A stretch of 64,000 bases of DNA from Catajapyx aquilonaris (lineage: Eukaryota): the NCBI GenBank assembly GCA_000934665.2, contig KZ537977.1, positions 62,001 through 126,000 on the forward strand, in the 5' to 3' direction. Positions 1-11,686 of this stretch are shown piece after piece. Position numbers and translations under genes: made by a program. A model generated the notes under the pieces. It saw nothing but the letters and a program-made list of their open reading frames with translations. It had not been told where the DNA came from and ran no database searches. Numbering within the stretch: position 1 is the stretch's first letter; the number at the start of each line of letters is the position of its first letter.

Positions 1-2360
1 CTTTCAACAAAACGCGGTGTTTCCTTAGCTCCGTCGAAGGTGCTATTTTGAGACCCAGGTCACGCTTCCGTCAGGCCTTGCCCTGTGATCAGCGTTCAAA
101 CAACACTCGAAACTTCATGATGGCACTTTACAAGTTGGAGGGTCCGCAGCGTCAGTCGGGCGCCATTTCGTGACTCGGCTATCAAGGTGGTCAGTAATCA
201 GTGGGGGCTGTTGGAGGCAGAGGATCCTTATGCTTTGCTGCCATCCTTCATGCAGACAGCCGGAGAAACATTCCCTGACGGCGTTGGGATCAAAAGCCTC
301 TTATATGTACTTGGTGCAAAGGTCAAGTCTCATTCCTATTTGCTCTAGGGTTGTGACCTCGCTGCAGGGGGAAAAGAGTCAACAGGAGGATGTCTTTTTG
401 GACGTCGCACTCGGATGACCCTTCCTTGAAGATGAGGAGGGGGGGTGGCATTAGCATGGGAAATGACGAGACGTGTCATGGCCTCGCACATCCTTACCCA
501 GGCGATGGTAATTTACGGCCGAATCATTACGTCATTGTTGGAAGGTGCTGTGGTAATTAGCGGTCGTTGCCGGAGAGGAACTTTGTAAGGTTTTTTTTTC
601 TCTCTCCCTCTTTGTTGGACGGAGGACGGACTCTGAATGGGGATGACCCCAAACGTCTATTTATTAACCCTTGCACGCTCCGCGAAATGCGCGCGTAATT
701 ATGCAGAGGTTGCATTGTTGGGAGGCGACCATTCCTTTTTCTTCGTTTCCTTGTCGCGCTTCGAAGGGTTGGGAATATGATGAATGTGGGTGGGGACATT
801 GAATCGCCAAGTGCGATATGATTCAAACCTACTCGAGTAAGTGGCCATTGTTGCCTCATTATTGTTGTCGCCAGGTATTTTGGCTAATAACAATAATTTA
901 GCTTAGGAAAGGGTTGGGTTGACAGCTCTAATAACATACATTTTTCCCCCCTAAAATGGCATATAGTTCCGTGCTTCGGGTATTAAATATGTTTATACGA
1001 ATTTTTGATTTAAGTGAAGGAGACGTGTAAGACAGATGCGGATTGGCCTATGAGCTCTCGTTATAAAGCGTTTATATCTTTATTTGGAGAGGAGTCGCGA
1101 CTCGAATCGGAACAAATGAATGGACCTTAATCCCGCGACTAATGCGCTTTACTATACGTCGCTGGTTGGGAGATATTGCTAGTGACATCAACTAATGCGA
1201 TGGTCAGTCTTTACCCAGCGGGTGCTAGTCTTGCTCCGTATGAAGACACTGACAAGTTGTGGGCATTTCGTAAGCAGATTAGCCCGATCCCCCCAACAAT
1301 ATGTTTAATGATGTTTTCCAGTCGCCATTTTAATTCAGTGCTCCTTTTTATAAAACGCCTGTCAGAATTCAGATTTGTTTCTATTTTTTTCTCTCCTCCT
1401 CCTTACCTCTTGTTTAATCCACCCTCACGAAGTCGTATACGCATATAGCCCTTTTCACCTCTCAACATTCCTCAAGTCACAGCCAGAAGGAAGTTTTTGG
1501 CTCCTAACAAAAAAAAAAAAAAAAAAGAAGCAAGAGGTCCATTCCAAACTGACAGTTCCCCCCTTTGCGAGCGTGTCACCATTCGTACAGGTGTAGACGT
1601 GCGCCACAAGAGTCTCATTTACCTGTCCCATTTCTCCAGCTTGAAAACGTATCATATTCACCGTAGAGTTCACCACTGGACTATTCAACTTCCGTCCTGC
1701 CTCTTGCAAGGTGTCAATTAGAAGGTATGTCCTGTTGCACATTTTTTTAAAGATTCCTGAATTTTATTGCTGCAAATCTTGGCCTGAATCTTTGGCATCA
1801 AAATGGCTATAAAACTACCAGGCCAACTCCAGGATACAAGGTGGCCTTAAACTGTGTCGTACTGTCAGAACAATGGCAGTAGTTATCTTCATGTACGAAA
1901 ATTTGCATTACGTAGTAGGGTTATTTTCTCCGGTAAGGATGTCGTGACCCTGGATGAACCGCCCTTCATCTGCAGTGGCCATGCATCTCTCGGTAGTGCC
2001 GGTCTCGCATGGGTAGCTGTTGCCTCATCGCGTGTGCCTGGCAAAAAGAAAAGTCAAAGTGCAGATCCCCTCAGCCAAGTCACGGGTCACTTCTTCGGGG
2101 TCATGCCTTGTGGGCTCCCATCCTTACACGTACGACCTTATTTGCAAAAATGCTGTGCTCCGAGGAACCAGATAATATTGTCCGTGTGTATGTAGCCAGA
2201 TGCTATCACTCACGTGCTTATGAGGAGAATAGTAATTGCACAGTCCACGTCCATAAAGCACAGCTGCAGTGTTTTCTATAATGAATTTGGCGATGATGCC
2301 GTCATAAAAGTGAAAATTGCAAATCATGTGCAGGAGCGTGAAAGGACCGTACTTTTTTTT

Positions 2361-2376
2361 CTCTCTCTCTCTCTCT
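2361..2376. repeat. (CT)8 microsatellite
   Basis: Direct read. Confidence 0.9.
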
Positions 2377-2745
2377 TCTCCAAACGATGAAAACAGTCAT
2401 CCCAGGTAACCTAAGAGGGTCGTCGTGGGGTCATACGACGTAAAGTTGTCGTGACATGCCTCCGAGGCGGCTTTGGAGGGGATATGATGATGGCTGGAAG
2501 TAAAAAGAGACGATTGCCTTCCGAAAATTTGAAGCTGAGCCGCCTCGCACGGCTTGTTCGAGTATTTCCAGTCCTTACCCGTTCATGTGCTGTACAGTCA
2601 TGGAAGCGGGGGATTGAGGTTTTCTCATCACGAAACGAAGGTAGGCAGACTGGTTATCAGAGAAAAGAGCGGAGGGGGTTTACCAGGTGCTGCCCAGGCA
2701 GATCGGGGGTAAAACTGCAAAAGTCGTCTGATGCGAGTTGCTCCC

Positions 2746-2767
2746 GGGTCAGAAAGGTCAAGGGCCA
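2746..2767 (+). promoter_or_regulatory. Triple nuclear-receptor half-site array (DR3 + DR1)
   Basis: GGGTCA-gaa-AGGTCA-a-GGGCCA; motif match only. Confidence 0.35.
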
Positions 2768-5700
2768 TAAAACAGCGGGTCTGTCGCACGCAATCGTTGT
2801 GCCTTCACTTGTACCTCTTTTATTTGCGATGTCGCGCAATCTACGAGGACTACTAAACGTAATCTCTGGGGCATGAGCTGATTATTACGAAGCTAGCGAA
2901 AATTGATAAAATTATTTGGGACAGAAGGATTGAAAAGGAGTTCTAGCTACTTCCAATATAATTATGAGTTCAAAATGTTGACAAACTGGTCAAAACATTT
3001 ACGGTAAATCTGGAGAAATTGATTTGACATATTTGTACTAATCATGGATTTTCCCAATATCTTCCTGAATTATTAAAAAATTATATGTCAATCCATCTCA
3101 TATTAGCACCTATGAGCTCATAAAGGTAACTGTTTAATTATGTAATAAATATCTATCCCTATCAGAGTCCAGGGGAATTTCTAAGAGGAGGAGAATCCAG
3201 TGGGTGATATATCACTCTTGTAATGAACAGTAAGCATGAGATGAACTATTCTGCAGCATCACTCATGTTCATACGCGAGAGTGTAATGACGACATTAACT
3301 GTGCACGTGAGGGAGAGAAATTTCTAATTACCAAGTAATTAACGGATTATATACTGGACACCGCCGCCTTCAAACCTTACCTGTAACGTAACCGATTGTG
3401 CCGCATGCCCCCCCTCCTTATAACACAGGTTCTGTTTTTGTTCCAATAATTGCGTGTCGAATATCTATTAGGCCGAGTACACCGACTGGTAGGCCAGGTC
3501 TATATAAACTCCAGGATTCGAGTTTTCTGCATTAGGGCTGCTTCAACGGCGGAATAAACGGAACCGAGGCCACTAAATTTTTCCTGCCCAACAATTTCGC
3601 ATGGCATGATCATGCCGATCCTATCAGGTTTGTCCATAAATATTAGCAATTGATCCATCGATCACACAGCATTCGCCTTTCTACTGGTGGCATCCCTTTC
3701 AGTTTCAATTAAATTTCGAGCTTATTCATTTTGAAAAAAAATTACTGGAAGTCTGCGGTGTGGCCACTTGTTTCTTGATTCAGTGTGGTGTGTGCATGTG
3801 TGTGTGTGGGCTGGAGCAGTGGAGCTGAGCTGTATTTCCTTCCTTCACGCCTGTTAATCCTGAGCTCACTGCATGCATGGCCTTGCTAGCCCTGTCAGGT
3901 CAAGGCTGCAGTATCTTTTGACCAAAAGAGCAGGAAACGAGGAATATTTCCCATGAGTGATCGTTTCTGTTTCCCCATGAGGGAACATCCTTGGAAAAAT
4001 ACATTTTTTGACAAGACCTGAAATTCTCTTTGGAAACAGTGTAGACTGTCAGTGTGAGTGTGTAATTATTAAATTCTGCATACATTTGATGTGCATGTCA
4101 TACCAAGCATCTCAGGTCGCGTGTCATCTTCTGCAGCTTCCCTCATGCAACTCACTGTGTTGCAAACAAAAAAAAAAATTTGCAAATTTTTTTATCTTAT
4201 CTACCCACCGCACTGCTGACAAGGCATCATCTTGAACGCTAGCGTGCACAATTCACAAGGCATGCCGATAAATCAATGCGGCAACGACTCGATTCGCACA
4301 ATAAATCGAGTGTCCAGAACGCCTGGAATGTGAAGAATCCTCCCATAACCAAAGCTGCGCTATGTGTCGGAGGTAAAAGCGATAATTGAGACACAAGTCA
4401 TGCCGTGTGGATAGGGGAGGACCTGTCCAATGCCGACTTCTCGATAAGAACTGATCAATTACTAGTAGGCAATCCCGACTCGTTGTGGGGAAATCAGTTT
4501 GTCCCCATGCCTGGAGTGTCAAACTCTAGGCACGCACGTTTTTCTGCTAGTTTTTCCGTCCAACTTGGGGGTCGGGTCAGAGATTCTCGTTGCGATTTCG
4601 TTTGATGTATAAATCTCCAACCCTCTTTTGCTGCGGATGAATGGTAATCGGCCACACGCGTAGATGGCAGCAATTAAAAAAGCTAAAACCCCACGGATAT
4701 GCAACCAACACTAATGAGACTGGACATTTGGAATTCATGTGTCGCATCTGGGAATGGAAATTGGTCTAGTTGTTTGTTAGTTTAATTTTATTAGTTGCAT
4801 TTAAAGCGTGGGAAGCTTGCGTTTCTTTTCCACAAATTTCTTACAAGTTATTATTTATTCAAGACACCGCAGGGCCTTGGAGAAAAAAAACGCACATAAA
4901 TAATCACGTCACAATAGCATCTTTGCATGCTTATTCCCATCCAATCGCAAAGCAGGAAAAACATTTTTTTTCTAACAAGTGACCCAAGCTTTTTGCCCAT
5001 CCATACCTGGGTGGCGTGTAGGTGGGCCTATCCTTCTTTCTTCGCAGTGTGGGCATTAATCCCCCCATCCAGCCTCCCTGGTCCATCTTGATTCCTCCTA
5101 GAGAGAGCCGTCCCCTCCAGGATATGATTTGTGATTGTGGCCCCGGGGCGGGAATCAGGCGGCCTTATCTCGCAGCAGCCGTCAGCTGGGAGAAAGCAGG
5201 GGCCAGAGAAGCCGTACCATTTGAAAGCCTGCCAGGCTCCATCATGCTCGAGCCTTGACCTTCGACCTCACCGGTCGCCTTTGGTCCAGGTGAGGGATGC
5301 GCAATGTATGATGTCACCTGATGGCAGGATCTTAACCCTCTGGTGTAGTCAGAGGTTGTATCAATTCAAAATTTGAATACGCAATTGAAATAATGGTACT
5401 GTATACGTCTGATGACGCCGGCTGTAAAAAGGACAAGGATTAGTTGAAATACATTTCGTGATCATGTTACGACAACCAAATGGCGTGAAATGGCGTAAAT
5501 AATCCCGGCCCTTAGATTCCATGCTGTGAAATTAATACCCAGGCACATGAAAGAATATGTTCCCATATGTCATGCCGAAATGTAATACTTTTGACTAAGA
5601 AAAAAAAGGTCAGGTTTTATCAATTCAAATTAGACAAAATTTATGGTTATGTACAGTAAATACTATATGTAATCTCGACTTAATATGTCCATGCAACCGG

Positions 5701-8700
5701 GTATGTTCGCACCTGTTAAATAATTAACGGAATCAGCGGTCTTATTTCGACTTGTTTATTGCCCCTCCGTGGTATTTGGTCGAGTTAGCAAGCTAGCGTA
5801 ATAAAATCTGGCAATAGTCGCTAGCTCGGAATGAGGAAGAAAATGTGTGGGACGGAACCAGTACCAGAGAGACCTTTGCCATTAACCAAACCGCTTCCAA
5901 AGGGTAGGTAATCCACAGATTAGCGCCGATTCCCTGCAATTTTTCTTAATTCCTTGTTTTTCATTACGAGAGCCGTGGCAATAAATCTGCGCGTCCATCA
6001 TGGCGTCTTTGCTCCAGATAAGGTGTGGCCGAGAGCATCAGGCAGCCAGCGCCTCGGGGCCGGTCAGTGGCGTTTCCACACATTAAAGCCAGCCCTGGAT
6101 ATGGAGAAAAAGTGAACGGTGCACCATATCAATCACATGGGGCTCCCGGAAAACCAGAAGGGCGTTAGGCTGTAGGAGGTGCCCCTTTGGCCGCAAAACT
6201 GGACCGGCTTTGCCCCTAAGGAACATGGCAACCGGACTGCGAATCGCCGGATTATCTCGGGCTAATCCAGGGTTAATTTGCGTATGTGTTCGTCTGAGTA
6301 TATATGCAGATGTGTGTCCGCATTGCCGGTTGCGGTACGTGATGAACGGTGCTAAAGGGTCAGAGGTCGGACGGGTGACAAATGTTACATTCGGCCACTT
6401 GATGACGTTTATGGCCGATGACTTCTAATATTAGTCGGACGGTGTGTATAATGACGTTTCCGCATAATGAAGGAGTGTCGCTTGTACATCTGTGCGGTTT
6501 TCTGTCACGAGATACCCCTGCGAAACGTTTTACAAGCCGCCTGAGCTATTGCCCACTGGGATGTGAAAGGATGGATGGGAATGTGTGGAGGAGATGCTAA
6601 TGTGTGCTGGGCGTATAAAGGTGATGTTATCCAAACGGAATTGAAATTCCTCAAGCGCGGACCAGAAATATTTTTATTTACATTTTTTTTTGCATATATG
6701 CTGTTAGAGACTTTTTGACCTCAGATTATTCCGAGCCGCTTTTAATAGTACGAATAACTGCACTATCACGTAATTTGCCATGCGAATTCTTTTTGCACAT
6801 CGTTATGACAGCCGGGAATTTTTTACGCGTTGATCGCATATACTGCAAGAGGTCATTTCATACACTCCTTTTAACGCCAGTATATTTCTCCTTGGCCTTT
6901 GAAGGAACCGCTATGATTTGAATTTAAAGCGACGTGCCAAGGAAGGTCACGTGTAATCCATCCGTATCAAATTCGCGGAGTAATAGATAGGTTAGATTAC
7001 GCCTTGTGTGATTTTTTGATTAAAGCTGACCTTCTAAGGTCGTCTTGGCTTACCTTCGAGGGGAGAGAAATATGTTAAATGGGTGTGCCGCACCTGTGCG
7101 ATTGCTTCTGATAGGCCCGAGCATTTTTCTTATTCGTAAAATTAATTCGAATTGAATGGAGCATAGCCAGATGCGATTTATTATTTAACCTGGAGTGCCG
7201 GAAATTGCAGGTTTATAAACTAATTGCACGGTGCATTGATTCAGTTTGATCGGTGCCTTTGCAACTTCCTCCTAAAATGTGTCGTAAAACCCAAACCAGT
7301 CGCAAGTATTGGCTATATATTGTGAAGAGAAAAAAACAAAACCAGAAGCATCCTAAGGCTCTATAATTTTGAAGGTGATAATTCTCTTCTGTGACTTTAG
7401 TAGAGGTCAGGTTCGTTGGAATCCACCACCCACGTCGTACCCGCAAAAAAAAACAACCATTGCTCAGTTTACAGCAGCAATCCTACGGAAAATGATTCTA
7501 AGCTCTATGGTTACGGCGGCTTTGTTTTAACGACCAATACCATTGGACCATCTGTGACCATAGAGAGGACCTTTTTGCCCAAGTTTGGAGGATTGCTTTT
7601 TTTGAAGAGGGATAATTGTCACTTATAAGGGTGAAGACAAGGGGAGTTTTATTTCCATTGGAAAAAAATAGAAGGAAAAGGAATCTAATTTGAAATTTAC
7701 AATCTATGATCAGTCCCATTTCCTACAATAAAATGAATTCTACTGGAAAAAAAGACTAACCGGACGGCATTGAGAATTTTATCTTGGAGAATAAGTGCAA
7801 TAGTTGGCAGTTCGGATCAAACTTTGTTTTTTAAAAGAAAAATACTGGTTGTTTGGGAACATGGAGATTGAAGGATGCGAGGCTTCCAATTGTTACGGTA
7901 TGATTCAAATCACATCGCAGTTTGACACCGCTTATTAAACCGGTACGCTTTATATGTTCGCGAGAAAACGGTAAAAATGTGTGAGAAAAATAATCCTTCT
8001 TCTATTAATTCAGAAGGCAGGCAACATTTAATTTTCTGGCATTACGTTGGGCAGATATTCCCAAGGATAAAGATTGAAAAGCGACGTATTTTCACATGAA
8101 AATGAGCTTAGTTTAAGAATGCAATTTATAACCTAACAATGCAATGCCGAATTGTTCACCTGTATATTATCGGCTATATTACATAGACTCCAAGTTGAAA
8201 TATGTAATTTGATCCTGTTAGAACTACGTCACAAGCTATGCACGATCTTCTAAGCTCGATGATTGAGAACCTCAATTTTTTGATAGTTTTAATTACTATT
8301 CTCCAACTGGTTGTTCTGTGATGGAGCCGCCCACACCGCAGGATACTCACGACCTCAGGTACTGCAGATTTTGTTAAGGATCCTCAAAAGGTAACGTAGT
8401 TGTGTACATATCCGCTGGCTGAGGGTGGAGATTGCTCTATGAAGACATTTTTATGACACGAGAAGCAGCCATTTTCCCCCAAATTTGTGAAAGAAGCTGA
8501 GGGCAGTTTGTATAACGATTGGTCAGTTCGGCTTGATTGCCCCTGCTCCAACTGGCTTCTGCCTTGTAATTTTCCGCGGAAATCGGCAACCTGCTAGCAA
8601 ACACGCCCTAATGAAAATTACGACGAGCAAACTTTCCACTCCCTTTGGTTATACACAAAAAGGAGAGGCCGATTTCCGGTCCACTTTGCGCAAAAGATAA

Positions 8701-9738
8701 TCACATGTATGTAATTTCTGCACGTCATCAGCAGGATTTTTGCTTGATACTTGCTTTTTTTGAGGGCAAGAAAGGGTGGGAAAGAAATGGAGATGGAAAA
8801 CAATGCTGTGGCGTCCATCAAAAAAGTAGGAAGCATCGGTTTGGTCTCCGAGGTCGCAAGACGTATTGTCTTGCCTTGCGCTACTGATTGTTGTATTTTT
8901 TTTTCAGGAGAAAAATCATTGTTTTTAACTGACGGAATGGCATCCTTCAGACTAAAATGTGCCTGCCACCGTTACCATTGTCTCGTTGACTGATAAACGC
9001 GATTGGTATGACATGAGCTTTCAACCAAGTATTCTGGCCAAAAGAGTTTGGAATCCGTCCAGAAAGTCAAAAGATCCGATGCATTTAAAGTGGGCGGGTA
9101 CCGAGACATTGAGTTATTACGCGTAGATATAAACATATTGTTAGTCAGCCCAGTCCAGCAAGAGATATGAACCGAAATATATTGCTTCGTTTTGCATATG
9201 TGTCGAGGCTTTCCTTGCCACACATGTCACCCAGCCGTTATTCGTCAATTCGCACTATCATATCTTATAGTCGTACAACAGTCTTCCTGCCAACCTTGGC
9301 AAATTTGGTGCCCCTTGCCCTATACCCTTGCAAGGACTGCTCCCGTTAATTTTTTTTTACCTGACCTTTTTTTTTTTTTACCTGTGGGAGGAGGTTACTT
9401 GCCAACATTCCAACAATCGATGCCAAAAACAGAGACCGTGTAGATTTTCGATCCGATACGAGTGGCCACCTTTCGAAAAAGAAAGGGTGCACCTTTTGGC
9501 CTCTAAGTAATCGTGGCTATCTAACGTGCGATACCATGGATGTTGGAATGACACAGAAAATGCTGGACCGTTATTGCGTGCTCGGGTCTCCGAAGTTTGG
9601 AAGAAAGAAAAAAATAAGTGAGAGGCGGAGCTCGAAATGAAGGGTTGTTATATTGCATTTCCGCTCCGTTTGTTCACACGGGTGATAAAACTCTGATGGA
9701 TTGGCGAGAAGAAATGCGTACAAAGTGTCGCCCCCGGC

Positions 9739-9770
9739 TACAGGGTGTTTCAAAAATTGTCCACCCTGTA
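9739..9770. mobile_element. Minimal ends-only remnant of a CAGGGTG-type MITE
   Basis: TA-CAGGGTG-tttcaaaaattgtc-CACCCTG-TA. The termini match the 36.8-kb MITE, and the left end CAGGGTGTTTCAA resembles CAGGGTGTTCCAA. Confidence 0.6.
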
Positions 9771-11658
9771 TTTTTTAAAAAAATAGACCCCAAAACCTGT
9801 CGTTCCAGTTAAGCGTCATAACTGCTCCTGTTAGATCGTTTGGGCTTGTGTAGGCAAAGTACAAGTCCTGTTCTCTGAAGGATTATTGCCTGACCCTCGA
9901 TCCCAACCCATCCCACCCAATGTCTGGTTTTGTCAAACGGCTCCCTGATCTCATTTTTAAACAAGTCTAATTATTGAAGGTTGAGTTACGACAATGCATA
10001 TTATTATTTCTCTAGGTTTTCCCCCCAAATTATATCCTCTCAGCGGTTTAATAATGCATCGCAGGATACCAGATAGCCAAACGCTGTTTTTTTTGGTGTA
10101 TTATCTAACAAACATTTAAGGAAGTTATCTGGACACGCCGGAATCAACGGGGGAGTAGGCAACTAATTTTTATCTGACGTTTTAACGGGTGCGTCCTAAT
10201 CGGCCATGAAATTGTCATGGGATTTCCGTGAGTTTTATGCTGCTCTGTGTAGACTTCGGAATGCCAGGCCGCCATGCAGCTCGACGTGAAAAATCTTGTA
10301 TTCAAGCAATTCCCGTAGACTCGAAGCAATTTTGATGTCACCGCCGGTCGGAACAACGTGGACAAAACAACTCAATCAAAATGTGCCGACGGGGATAACA
10401 TCGGACTCCATTCGGTTTCTACAAAATACAGGCGCAATGAATGTAAAAGAGCGTATAAAGTTCGGGGAGAAATGGCTTTTCAAACGCGCGGCTTGCTGCC
10501 TCACAAGGACAAAACAGGTTGGCGGGGTCGGACCAACAAGGACCAAGCCGGTAGTTGGAGGCTCGACAGATCCGGAGGTCACTTTGGCCTCAAATGTGAC
10601 TGGAATAAGGAGATATGTCACCCTGGTTCGCAGTTGAAATCGATACACAAAAAGCGCCGCGTGGTCTTCTATCCAGCTGGGATTTTGACAATACAAAGTG
10701 CGCCAACTTCACAAAAATATAGGCTGGATCGGAAATGTATGCACACTGCAAGAGAGTGAACGCTTTCTTTTCTTTTAGACCAAAAAAAAAAATGTGACGG
10801 AATAACATATGCGGTTGTTGATGCACAATTCTGACATGTGATGCAAGATAAAAACAAACGTTTTATAACGAGTTGTCCAGGTGGTCGACCGTATTTTGAA
10901 AGCAGCACTTGCAGATTAGCCAGACAGTCTAACGTTTCAGCCTCACCCAGATTCCTTGATAATAGCTACATTAAGAGGAGGGCTCTTTTTTGGTAGGATC
11001 GTGTGTGAGTATGTTCTGCTAATGTGCATCTGACGTGGGTGGGGCTGGAAACAATTCGGAGGTGAATGGCTGGCTGCTGCATGAGAAGAGAGATGCGCAA
11101 GTTTCGCAATGGTGCTGGTTTAATTTGTTGGCGTAACGGAGCGGCAATGCGGCGAGACGACCTCCGGAGTCACATGAGAAGATGATGGTTACAGCGCTTC
11201 TAAGGCGTGGCAACAATGCGACAACAATAAGTGAGATTTTCATGTCGCCCATTTCTGCTAATTTTGTTGCATTTTCTGCGTAACTTTTCTCGTGAAGATG
11301 TCCTCGTTGCTTTTTTTCCTTGCCAGAATAAATTTCTAGGGTTCTTTGTAAACGCGGAAAGCTGTAAGAAAAGTCATTGACTCACGGCCTTGGCGCTACA
11401 ATACAGTAGTTCAGGGTAATAAAACGATGGGACCTGGGCAACAAAGGTTCCTCCAAGGTAAGACTGATACAATATTCATGCCCAGAGCATTCCAAGGGCT
11501 ATTAACATTTTTTTTTGTTCAGGTTTAGGAACGAGACCTGCTGTTGACCTGACCCACCTGCTTGCCCTTCAACCATCCCTTTCTATCAACCCCTTCTCTA
11601 CATACATAAAATGTGATAGATCCAGTTTGGGAGCCGATGTTTATCGCCTGAAGTGATA

Positions 11659-11686
11659 CCATAAATCATTCCGTTTTGATTTACGG
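11659..11686. promoter_or_regulatory. Inverted pair of Pbx/Exd-Hox composite motifs
   Basis: CCATAAATCA (reverse complement TGATTTATGG) and TGATTTACGG, 8 bp apart. Both match the TGATTTAYGG composite consensus; function not shown. Confidence 0.4.

Noticed and set aside
4172..4193. 22-bp perfect palindrome A7-TTTGCAAA-T7
   Set aside because: Low-complexity homopolymer arms; plausible by chance.
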